Below, one piece after another: positions 38,668 to 47,072 of a stretch of DNA of 64,000 nt. A model generated the notes under the pieces. That model was not told where the DNA came from and made no database searches. It was given only the letters and a program-made list of their open reading frames with translations. The DNA lies in NCBI GenBank assembly GCA_024655965.1, contig JANLFL010000002.1, positions 115,129 through 179,128 on the forward strand, written 5' to 3'. Made by a program: the position numbers and the translations under genes. This stretch comes from Caldisericota bacterium (GTDB lineage Bacteria > Caldisericota > JANLFM01). Each line of letters opens with the position of its first letter. Position 1 is the first letter of the stretch.

Positions 38668-39456
38668 TTATACCAAACCCTGGCGGGAGCCTTGGAAAAA
38701 AAGGGAATGGGCATTCTCCCAGCACCGCAAAGCAAGGTCCTCAACTTTTTCCCCCCGGAGGCCCGCCAAAAATTCAAGGATTACCTTGACAAATTGGGGT
38801 TCGTTTCGACCTTTCCTATCCGGAAACGGCTTGAGATAGGGGCAGTCTGTTTCCACCAGTATCCGGTCTGAGGGGATCTTTTTGGCGGCTTCCTGAACGG
38901 AACGGCTGGAAGGATAGGTAAGGTTCCCGGCAAAAGAAATGTAAAAATTCATGTTCAGGGCTTGCCTTGCTTCCTCCCAAGAAGCGGAGAAACAGTGCAT
39001 AACCCCACCAACTTCATCCGCTTTCTCCTCCCTGAGGATCCTCAAAATATCCTGATGGGCGTCACGATCGTGGATGATCAGGGGAAGCCGGAATTTTTTA
39101 GAGAGTTGAATTTGTGCCCGGAAGACGGCTTTCTGCAGGTCCCGGGGAGAAAGATCCCTAAAGTAATCCAGGCCGATCTCCCCCCAGGCAACTACTTTTT
39201 TTGAAGAAAGGAGGGATTCGAGAAAGGAATAGTCCCCCTCCTTGACGATCTTTGCGTCGTGGGGGTGAATCCCCACGGAAGCGTAGATCTGGGGAAATTT
39301 CTGGGAAAGGGCAACTGATTCCCCGGAGGAGCGGAAATTGAATCCCACAGCGAGGAATTTTTTTACTCCCACGGATTTTGCCCGGGAAAGGACATCGAGT
39401 AAATCCCGCTCGAAATCCCTCATCGAGAGATGTGTATGGGTATCGAAAAGATCCAT
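38668..39456 (-). CDS. tatD: TatD-family hydrolase
   Basis: DTHTHL, GIHPH, GEIGLDY, IIH.R, HCFS, ETDCPY and RNEP. Confidence 0.93.
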   Translation of the reverse strand: MDLFDTHTHLSMRDFERDLLDVLSRAKSVGVKKFLAVGFNFRSSGESVALSQKFPQIYASVGIHPHDAKIVKEGDYSFLESLLSSKKVVAWGEIGLDYFRDLSPRDLQKAVFRAQIQLSKKFRLPLIIHDRDAHQDILRILREEKADEVGGVMHCFSASWEEARQALNMNFYISFAGNLTYPSSRSVQEAAKKIPSDRILVETDCPYLKPFPDRKGRNEPQFVKVILEFLAGLRGEKVEDLALRCWENAHSLFFQGSRQGLV

Positions 39457-39785
39457 TAAAGGATGGGGCTCCCCTCCTGAACAGGATGGTCAAGGGTAAG
39501 GAGGGAAATTGCTCCTGAAGAGGGATCTTCAGCCGCAAGGAGCATCCCCTCAGATTTGACCCCCCGGATGGTTGCAGGCTCCAGGTTTGCAACTACCACG
39601 ATCAATTTCCCCACAAGGTCCTCGGGGGAATAGTGAGAGCCGATTCCCGCAACCAGGGTTCTCTCACCCTCCGGTCCCAGGGAAACTTTAAGTTTGAGGA
39701 GTTTCTTGGAACCGGGAACGCCCTCAGCCTCAGTCACCTTTCCCACCACGAGCCTGGATTTTCTGAACTCATCGATAGAAATCAT
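39456..39785 (-). CDS. Stand-alone tRNA-binding OB domain (MetRS C-terminal domain / Trbp111 / CsaA-like)
   Basis: ISIDEF.K, KLLKL.V.LG, RT.VAGI, VANL.P...RG..SEGMLLAA; ATG overlaps the metG stop (ATGA). Confidence 0.88.
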   Translation of the reverse strand: MISIDEFRKSRLVVGKVTEAEGVPGSKKLLKLKVSLGPEGERTLVAGIGSHYSPEDLVGKLIVVVANLEPATIRGVKSEGMLLAAEDPSSGAISLLTLDHPVQEGSPIL

Positions 39786-41332
39786 GGTCTTTCCTTTCCG
39801 GGGCGGGGAAAAATGGGGGGTTTTTTCCGGACCCTCTGACCTGGAGGGATCCTGCCCCATACAAGTTCCCTGTCCCATATTGCATTTTTCACCTGGCCCT
39901 CCATCCCCAGGGATTCCCAGAATATCTGGGCCGTGGTTGGCATAAAGGGAGAAATGAGGAGGGAGGAAAAACGAAGACCCTCCAGGATGTTAAAAAGGGA
40001 ATCTTCAAGCTCACCAGTTTTCCCCTCCTTGGCCAACCTCCAGGGAGCTTTTTCGTCAAGGTACTTATTCAGCCTTCCCAGGAAACCCCAGATGCTGTTC
40101 AACGCATCGGAGAATGAGAGGTTATCCATGTATCCTTCAACCAGAGAGACCGTTTTTTCCGCTTCCTCCCCAAGATTTGGATCAGCACTACCCGGGGGAA
40201 CGGTGCCCTGGAAATGATTCTCCACAAGGGGAAGTGACCGGTTCAAAAGGTTCCCCAGATCGTTAGCCAGGTCGGCGGAATATCTGAGCTCAAGGGATGC
40301 GTCCTTGAAATCCCCATCCGCTCCAAAGGGGACCTCCCGCAAGATGAAGTAACGGAAAACGTCCACGCTCACCCTATCGTTCTGGGTGTACCTGTTTAAA
40401 TCCTGGACAACTTTCAAAGGATCGATCACGTTTCCCAGGGATTTGGAGATTTTCTGACCTTCCTTGGTCCAGAAACCATGGGCGAAGACCTTCCGGGGAA
40501 GGGGAAGCCCAGCAGCCAGAAGCATCGCTGGCCAGATTATGGAATGGAACCTGTTGATCTCCTTGCCCACAAGGTGCACGTCTGCTGGCCAGAAAAGGGA
40601 AAATTTTTCCTGATCATCAGGCCACCCGGCGACGGTGATGTAGTTGATTAAAGCATCAACCCAGACGTAAACCACGTGCCCGGAATCGAAAGGAATCGGC
40701 ACCCCCCAGGTGATGGTGGAACGTGAAATGGAAATATCCTTCAAGCCGGCCTTCAAGATGTTGAGCATCTCGTTATAGCGAATCTCGGGCTCCACGAATT
40801 TGGGGTTGGCGAGGAAGTGTTCAAGTAGGGGCTGGGTAAAACGGGAAAGGCGGAAGAAGTAATTCTCCTCCCTCATCCACTGAAGCTCTCTTAAGCAGTC
40901 GGGGCACTTCCTATCCTGGACCTCAGACTCGGGGAAAAAAGCCTCGTCCCAGAAGCAGTACCAGCCCTCATAGTATCCCTTGTAAATATCCCCGGAGGAA
41001 AAAAGGCGGGAAACGAACTCCTGGACGACCTTTTTGTGGCGGGGTTCAGAGGTTCGGATGAAGTCGTCGAACTCGATTTCCAGGAAGGAGAAAACCCTTT
41101 TCCAGGATTCCGCCAACTGGTCAACGTAATCCTGGGGAGGAAGTCCCCTCTTCTCCGCGGCTTGCCTGACCTTCTGGGCGTGCTCATCTGTCCCGGTGGA
41201 AAAAAGGACCCTCAACCCCCGGCTTCTCTTGTACCGGGCCATGACATCGGCCGCAATTGTAGTGTAGGCATGTCCGATGTGCGGTTCATCGTTTACGTAG
41301 TAGATGGGGGTTGTAATGTAAAACTTTCCCAT
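39782..41332 (-). CDS. metG: Methionine--tRNA ligase (without a fused C-terminal OB domain)
   Basis: YITTPIYYVN, HIGH, TGTDEH, YVW.DAL.NY, KISKS.GN and LANDLGNL. Confidence 0.96.
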   Translation of the reverse strand: MGKFYITTPIYYVNDEPHIGHAYTTIAADVMARYKRSRGLRVLFSTGTDEHAQKVRQAAEKRGLPPQDYVDQLAESWKRVFSFLEIEFDDFIRTSEPRHKKVVQEFVSRLFSSGDIYKGYYEGWYCFWDEAFFPESEVQDRKCPDCLRELQWMREENYFFRLSRFTQPLLEHFLANPKFVEPEIRYNEMLNILKAGLKDISISRSTITWGVPIPFDSGHVVYVWVDALINYITVAGWPDDQEKFSLFWPADVHLVGKEINRFHSIIWPAMLLAAGLPLPRKVFAHGFWTKEGQKISKSLGNVIDPLKVVQDLNRYTQNDRVSVDVFRYFILREVPFGADGDFKDASLELRYSADLANDLGNLLNRSLPLVENHFQGTVPPGSADPNLGEEAEKTVSLVEGYMDNLSFSDALNSIWGFLGRLNKYLDEKAPWRLAKEGKTGELEDSLFNILEGLRFSSLLISPFMPTTAQIFWESLGMEGQVKNAIWDRELVWGRIPPGQRVRKKPPIFPRPGKERP

Positions 41333-41347
41333 TTGTCTCACCTCTAA

Positions 41348-41586
41348 AATAAAAAACCCCCTTCTTTTTCTTTAGGGACGGGAGGGGGTTCCCGCGGTAC
41401 CACCCTAATTTCCCCGGATTTCCCGGAGCGATCTCTCGGCCCTTTAACGGGGGCAAACCGGCTTGGCCTACTTGATCATTTCAGCCAGCGGCTCACGAAA
41501 CATTTCAGGCGCCCTTCCTGGCCGGCTCGCACCCCGCCCGGCTCTCTGGACAGGTCGAAACGCCCTACTCCCTTCGTTCATCGCCA
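41348..41586 (-). promoter_or_regulatory. Met T-box riboswitch leader of metG
   Basis: Minus strand: stem I with AGTA and AGAGA, specifier GAA-ATG (Met), T-box AGGGTGGTACCGCG, terminator hairpin with T-run; TTGACA-N17-TAAATT promoter upstream (41626-41598). Confidence 0.92.
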
Positions 41587-41642
41587 AATTTTTCTGGAAT
41601 TTAGTTAATTTTTAGCCTCTTGTCAACAGAATTCCCTTCAAA

Positions 41643-42080
41643 TCAAAGTTTGAGGTATTCCGCAAGGAAAACCGCAAAAGCTCCAAGGGAATCGGTCTCT
41701 GGTTTTTCCGGAAAACCCTCCGGCCAGAAATGCAAGAGACGGTCAAGAAGGATCACTCCCTGCTGGGGATTCAGGGTGTCCTTTATCACCGCTCCCCGGG
41801 AATAAATGAAACTGAAAGTGGAATTAACTCCCTCGAAGAAAAGGCAGGAAAGGAAAACCACTTTGTGGTTCTCGATCAGAATTTTTATCTGGTAGTGAAA
41901 ATCCAGGGAGATTGCCTGAAGGTAACCATACCCCAGGTCCATGGCATAAACGCCGCTTGAAAAAACATTTTCCTTAACTTGAAGCAAGGGCGCAGGATAG
42001 GATGGCTCGCTTTGAGCCCATACTGGCATGGGAATCAAGAGGGACATTAAAAGGCCAAGAATCAGGATTTTTTTCTTCAA
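41643..42080 (-). CDS. Hypothetical secreted protein
   Basis: Signal peptide MKKKILILGLLMSLLIPMPVWA; GGAGG RBS. Confidence 0.6.
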   Translation of the reverse strand: MKKKILILGLLMSLLIPMPVWAQSEPSYPAPLLQVKENVFSSGVYAMDLGYGYLQAISLDFHYQIKILIENHKVVFLSCLFFEGVNSTFSFIYSRGAVIKDTLNPQQGVILLDRLLHFWPEGFPEKPETDSLGAFAVFLAEYLKL

Positions 42081-42093
42081 GCTTCGATCCTCC

Positions 42094-43728
42094 TCATATT
42101 AATAGTTTACCTTTTCTCAAAGCTCTCTCTAAAAGAAAACAGGTTTCGCCCCTTGTTGCTGGCTGGGAAGGGAAGAATAACCCCTCCTCAGATATTATAG
42201 GGGGATCGGGATACCTTAAAGAACCGGAGGCCAAAAATGCCCGCAAATACCCAGCAACCCAGTCTTCTTGAGGAACATCCTGAGGGAAAAGAAAGGAACC
42301 TGAGGGGGATTCCTCCCTCCATCCCACCGCCCGACAGATCATTGCCAGAATTTCCCCTCTGGTGATGAAACCTTCGGGCTTGAAAGTTCCATCGGGATAA
42401 CCTTTCACAATCCCCAGTTTGCTGGCGGTGGCCACGAATTTATAAGCCCAGTGGCCCGGTGAAATATCGGAGTAAGGAAGGCTTGCTTCTGTGGGCTGGA
42501 TCCCCAGAGAGAGGAGAATGACCTTTACCGCCTGAGCTCTTGTTACCAGGGAGTCGGGTCGAAAAGTGTTATCCGGAAAACCCTGGATCGCTCCTCTTTC
42601 CACCAGGGAATCAATAAAATCCTCCGCCCAATGTCCCCCCAGATCGGAAAAAGTGGGAGGTTTCAGGGTGAAGGTACGGATGGTCCCGTCATCGGAGACG
42701 GAGGCGAGGACCGGTTTGTTCCCTTCCGGAACTTTCTTCCAGGAGACGCCATTTACCGAGTCCCAGTTCCTCTCAATTTTTTGTTTCAATGTCCCATCTG
42801 GCAAGAACAACCGGATGACCCCTTGAGAGTCCCCGCAGGCAATGAGGGCTCCGTCAGGAGACCAGGACACGCAATTTACCCGAGCCTCCCAGGAGGAAAT
42901 CGCCTTTCTTTCCCCGCTTCCAAGGTCGAAAATTTCCAGGCCACCGATCTCCTTACCGGGCTCAAGATAAGGACTTCCGAACCCAAGGGCAAGTTGCCTG
43001 GAATCTGGGCTCCAGGATATGGAGGTATAGGGGCGATAACCAAGGATTTGAAACTGGTCGAAATTCTCCCCTTGAATTACCAGAGCCTGGCCGCTGGCGT
43101 TCCCCTCAAATGGTTTCCAGATTGAAACGGCAAGTTTTTTACCATCGGGGCTGAAGGAAAGCGCGGAAATTGAACCTTCCCCCAGATCGAGGACCCGGGT
43201 GGGGTCTTTCTTCTCAAGCTCCCAGAATTGCACCTGCGCCAGGGAAAGAGGTTTCCCCGGGGGATTCATGGCGCCAACTCCAACGGCGAACTTCTGGGAA
43301 AAGGGATTAACTGAGGTGGAAAGTACGGGATACTGAGAAACCCTGGTGGAAAATTTCAGGTTCCTTTCTCGGATATCCCAAAGGAAAATCCAGCCCTCAG
43401 TAAACGAGCCATCCTCCCCGTAGTCCCCTGATCCCGCAAGAAGCAGGCTGGTTCCTGGAAACCAGGAAAGAGACCTGACGCAAACCTGGTTTGGAGCTTC
43501 AAGGGAATAGCCCGCGAGCCTGAGGCCGGGAAAGGAGATAAGGATCCTTCCAGAACTGGAACCAGTTGCCAGAGCCTGGTTTCCATCATAATCCCAGGCG
43601 AGCGAAAGGACTTCTGCCTGGTGAAAGGTATCCCTCTGCTCCTGACGGAAACGGTCCTCCTCTCCCTTTGCGGAAATGGGAAAAAGGAGGAGGAAAATAA
43701 TAACCAGGACCAAAACCTTCTTTTTCAC
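42094..43728 (-). CDS. WD40 beta-propeller plus SLH surface protein
   Basis: Signal peptide from GTG 43728; SWSPDG/FSPDG WD blades; SLH FSDL.GHWA...GFPDNTFRPD..VTRAQ. Confidence 0.85.
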   Translation of the reverse strand: MKKKVLVLVIIFLLLFPISAKGEEDRFRQEQRDTFHQAEVLSLAWDYDGNQALATGSSSGRILISFPGLRLAGYSLEAPNQVCVRSLSWFPGTSLLLAGSGDYGEDGSFTEGWIFLWDIRERNLKFSTRVSQYPVLSTSVNPFSQKFAVGVGAMNPPGKPLSLAQVQFWELEKKDPTRVLDLGEGSISALSFSPDGKKLAVSIWKPFEGNASGQALVIQGENFDQFQILGYRPYTSISWSPDSRQLALGFGSPYLEPGKEIGGLEIFDLGSGERKAISSWEARVNCVSWSPDGALIACGDSQGVIRLFLPDGTLKQKIERNWDSVNGVSWKKVPEGNKPVLASVSDDGTIRTFTLKPPTFSDLGGHWAEDFIDSLVERGAIQGFPDNTFRPDSLVTRAQAVKVILLSLGIQPTEASLPYSDISPGHWAYKFVATASKLGIVKGYPDGTFKPEGFITRGEILAMICRAVGWREESPSGSFLFPQDVPQEDWVAGYLRAFLASGSLRYPDPPIISEEGLFFPSQPATRGETCFLLERALRKGKLLI

Positions 43729-43792
43729 GCCCTTACCCGCCTTCCCCTTGAATTTATCGCAAAAAGCTAAGGGGGGCAAACGGCAAAAAAGG

Positions 43793-44221
43793 TCAGGCCC
43801 AGTCAGGCAAACGAAGGTTAGGGGGCGGCTCCCTCAAAAGGAAAGGCTTAAGGTCAATTACAGGGGTTCCATCGAAAGCGTCGAGTCCCCGCACTTCCAG
43901 GATGTTCCCCTCCACTGCGGTCAATTCCCCCAGGGTCAAACCGATGGGGTTGGGCCGGGTTGGGCTCCGGGAAGCGAAGACACCAACTTCCGGAAGCTGG
44001 CGGTTCCCCCGGGGATGGATTTTCAAACAGGTTTCATCAGGGGTCATCCAGAAGAGGACCCAGATATGGGAAAACTGTTCAATTCCCTTCAGGCCCTCCT
44101 GGAATTCGGGAAAGATTTCTATTTTCGATTTCAAGGATTTCCATTCCACTCCCTTCTCCCCGTAAGGGATACCGTTTTTCACCACCCCGATGGGTTTAAG
44201 CAGGATTTGATTCTTCCTCAA
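43793..44221 (-). CDS. trmO: tRNA m6t6A37 methyltransferase TrmO (TsaA)
   Basis: KPIG, GL.G...FSH, GVFASRSP.RPNPIG, GLD..DGTPV.D.KP. Confidence 0.88.
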   Translation of the reverse strand: MRKNQILLKPIGVVKNGIPYGEKGVEWKSLKSKIEIFPEFQEGLKGIEQFSHIWVLFWMTPDETCLKIHPRGNRQLPEVGVFASRSPTRPNPIGLTLGELTAVEGNILEVRGLDAFDGTPVIDLKPFLLREPPPNLRLPDWA

Positions 44222-44642
44222 TGGTGTAGGAATGGGTAATTTCCACCTGAGGAATTAAGGTCGCTCTGACCAGACAGTATTTCTCCTCGGAGAGTTGGAT
44301 CGCCCTCTCCACCGCAACTGGGTCAATCCCATCGCCTTTTAGTCGGTATTCCACCTGTATCTTCACAAACTTCCGGGGATAATCTGGAGCCTGTTCGCCC
44401 CAGACGGCCACCTCAAAGGAAGTGACCTTCTGCTGTTTCTTCCTCAAAATGGAGATCACATCCATTCCCGTGCAACCTGCCAGGGCAAGGAGCAGGAGTT
44501 TTCCGGGTGTGACCCCTTGATTCAAGCCACCGACATCGGGGGTGGTGTCGATCACAAAGCCATGCCCGCGGTCATCCCTGCCTACGAACTGCAGGCCCTC
44601 AACCCATTTAACCATGGCATGGGGTGGTCTTTTTTCATCCAT
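44196..44642 (-). CDS. OsmC/YhfA-family protein
   Basis: P..LLL.ALAGCTGMDV..IL.K, AI.LS.EKYC.V. Confidence 0.88.
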   Translation of the reverse strand: MDEKRPPHAMVKWVEGLQFVGRDDRGHGFVIDTTPDVGGLNQGVTPGKLLLLALAGCTGMDVISILRKKQQKVTSFEVAVWGEQAPDYPRKFVKIQVEYRLKGDGIDPVAVERAIQLSEEKYCLVRATLIPQVEITHSYTIEEESNPA

Positions 44643-45334
44643 TATTTCTTTCCCTCCTGTGCTTTTATTACCTGATCGATAAAGGGGCCTTCAGGTAAGG
44701 CACCCTCAAAAGAGTATAGGTCATTAATCACGGTCTTGGGAACAGAGTATACCTGGAACCGGTTGCTCAAATCCGGGAACTCGATGGCTTCGATCATTGA
44801 TGATCTCACCAAAGGAGACTCAAACGCGATCTGGTGGGCGAGCAAAACTGCGGAGGGGCAGTAAGGGCAGGTGGGGGTGATGAAGACCTTGATGTCCACG
44901 GGATTTTTGATCTCATTCTTGATTCGGGACTTCCCTTTATCGGAAAGCTTGGTGGTTCCCCGGGAAACCATTGTCATGGTCTCCAGAAGGGTGGCGAATT
45001 CGTATCCGGAAATAACCCCGAAGAACCGGATCCCAAAATCCTTTTCCTCGTTGCGAATTATCGTCGCCGGAAGGAGGGAAACATCGTATTTGGTCCGCTC
45101 CTCCTCCTCGTACCAATCATGGACTTCAAGCTGGATCTTTTCCGATAATTTGGAAACTTCATTGATGAGCTCAAGGGCCTCCTTGCAGTAAGGGCAAGGG
45201 GGGACGGTAAAGCTTTCGGGAAGGACGATTCCTGCTTTGCTTTGAGTGAAGTGGACAATTTTTACTGGATCTTTTAACTCCGCATCCAGCTTCCTCTTAA
45301 TTAACTCTTTGTCTTTCTCGCTGATCATTGTCAT
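44642..45334 (-). CDS. Protein disulfide oxidoreductase with two thioredoxin folds (PDO, archaeal/thermophile type)
   Basis: Two CPYC motifs, IRF.G..SGYEF, F.TPTCPYCP.AV, V.SVP; GGAGG RBS before ATG 45334. Confidence 0.88.
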   Translation of the reverse strand: MTMISEKDKELIKRKLDAELKDPVKIVHFTQSKAGIVLPESFTVPPCPYCKEALELINEVSKLSEKIQLEVHDWYEEEERTKYDVSLLPATIIRNEEKDFGIRFFGVISGYEFATLLETMTMVSRGTTKLSDKGKSRIKNEIKNPVDIKVFITPTCPYCPSAVLLAHQIAFESPLVRSSMIEAIEFPDLSNRFQVYSVPKTVINDLYSFEGALPEGPFIDQVIKAQEGKK

Positions 45335-45395
45335 CTTCTGACCTCCAGTTTTGGAATTCTGATTTAATAACAAAAAATCTGTTAGAATATTTCCC

Positions 45396-45707
45396 GTGGG
45401 CCAGAGATGCAAATACATTTCCATCGTAAAAAAGCCCCTGATCAAGGGGTCCCCGGAGGAGGTCTACCAACTTGTCTGCAGAGCCGGAGAGGAAAAAGTC
45501 CTGGGGACACCGGCCAATTTAGACCTTCCCTGCTCGGAATGTGCAATCGGCAAGGTCTTCGCGGAACGCCACTGCCAGTTTTTGGAAGCGGAAAAGCGGT
45601 GGGGAGAAAAACCCGATTTCATTTTCAAATGCCGGCTTTTGAACAAGAAAGGGTTTGATCCCAGAGTTTCCTGCCCCAAGTGCAACGATTACGAGATCGG
45701 TCGCTGA
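45396..45707 (+). CDS. Small Cys-rich hypothetical protein
   Basis: Eight Cys arranged as two C...C...CxxC units; fills the gap between PDO and comF; weak RBS. Confidence 0.55.
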   Translation: MGQRCKYISIVKKPLIKGSPEEVYQLVCRAGEEKVLGTPANLDLPCSECAIGKVFAERHCQFLEAEKRWGEKPDFIFKCRLLNKKGFDPRVSCPKCNDYEIGR

Positions 45708-46411
45708 GTTCCGGTTCCCCTTGCCAGGGAAAGGACGAAAACTTTTTCTGCCCCCATTTCTTTAAGGACCCTGGCGCACTCCGAAGCGGTTGCCCCGGTT
45801 GTCACCACATCGTCAACTAAAAGCAGGCTTTTTCCCTGGAGTTCAACTGCTGATTTGGGCTTGAAAACTCCGATCACATTCTTCAGGCGCTCTTCCCTGC
45901 TTAGTCTGCTCTGGGGTTTAGTTTCTTTCTTTTTAATTAGCAAATCCCCATATGGAAGGCCCAGATTGACAGAGATGGCCCGAGCAAGGAGTTCCGCCTG
46001 GTTATAACCCCGCATTTTCAATTTCCTTTGATGAAGGGGAACCCAGGTGACGAGGTCCACCTGAACGCCGGTTTCCCGGAATTTTTCAGCCAGAAGTTTC
46101 CCCAAAGGGGCGGATAATCCCGGGTGATCCTGATACTTGAACCTGAGGATCGCCTCCTCAAGCTTTCCCTGGTAAAGACCGTAAAAAAATCCCCTATCGA
46201 AATAGGGCGGATTTCTGAGACATTGTGGACAGCGATTATCCTTCCCCTCAAGTGGAACCCCGCACAGGGAACAAGTCTTTCCCCTAAACGGGGTCAGCTG
46301 ACTGAGGCATTCTGGACAGATTAAATTGGAATTCAGGCGCTTGCAGAGGAGGCACTTCGGGGGGAAGAGGAGGTCGAGGAAAAAGTCGAGGAACTTTCTG
46401 AACCCTTCCAA
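45689..46411 (-). CDS. comF: ComF-family protein (zinc ribbon plus PRTase domain)
   Basis: CxxC x4, RGYNQ, LLVDDV.TTGAT. Confidence 0.92.
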   Translation of the reverse strand: MEGFRKFLDFFLDLLFPPKCLLCKRLNSNLICPECLSQLTPFRGKTCSLCGVPLEGKDNRCPQCLRNPPYFDRGFFYGLYQGKLEEAILRFKYQDHPGLSAPLGKLLAEKFRETGVQVDLVTWVPLHQRKLKMRGYNQAELLARAISVNLGLPYGDLLIKKKETKPQSRLSREERLKNVIGVFKPKSAVELQGKSLLLVDDVVTTGATASECARVLKEMGAEKVFVLSLARGTGTQRPIS

Positions 46412-46417
46412 CCCTGT

Positions 46418-47071
46418 TTATTCCTGAATCAGCTTTTTCACCTCTTCGGTTTCCCCCACGATCACCAGGACATCGCCGTCCTTTATCTTTTCAGAACCGG
46501 AGGGCCCGATGATGATGTGATCGTTCCTTTTGACGGCCACGACAATGATCCCGCCCCTCCTCTCAGGCCCAAAGATCTGGCCAAGGGTCTTTCCGACCAT
46601 CTGGGCGCTGGCTCTCTCTTCCAGAATGGTGTAGTCGGGGGAAAGGTCGATAATGTCCATGACGTTCGTGGAAGTAAGGACCCGGGCAAGTTTTTCGGCC
46701 ATCTCCCTTTCGGGGTATACAACCCGGGAAACTCCGATCTTCTCAAGGATTTTTCCGTGAGTCTCGTTCATGGCTTTGGCGACCACGATGGGGATCCCCA
46801 GATCCTTCAAGGCCATGGCAGCAAGCACGCTGGCTTCGATGTTGGTTCCCATGGCCACAATTGCCACATCGGAGTTCGCCACCCCAGCCTCCCTCAAGGC
46901 TTCGATATCCGTGCAATCCACCACCCTTGCAACTGAAACAGAATCAGCGATGTCCTGAACCAGCTTTTCATCTTTATCCAAAGCAAGGACGGTGTTTCCT
47001 AATTTAGAAAGGCTCAGGGACAAGCACTTCCCGAACCTCCCCAATCCTAATACTGCAAAATGTTTCCTCAT
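46418..47071 (-). CDS. ktrA: KtrA/TrkA potassium uptake regulatory subunit
   Basis: GLGRFG Rossmann motif, PE.EMA, RCK_C domain (GD.LV.VG). Confidence 0.9.
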   Translation of the reverse strand: MRKHFAVLGLGRFGKCLSLSLSKLGNTVLALDKDEKLVQDIADSVSVARVVDCTDIEALREAGVANSDVAIVAMGTNIEASVLAAMALKDLGIPIVVAKAMNETHGKILEKIGVSRVVYPEREMAEKLARVLTSTNVMDIIDLSPDYTILEERASAQMVGKTLGQIFGPERRGGIIVVAVKRNDHIIIGPSGSEKIKDGDVLVIVGETEEVKKLIQE

Positions 47072-47072
47072 T

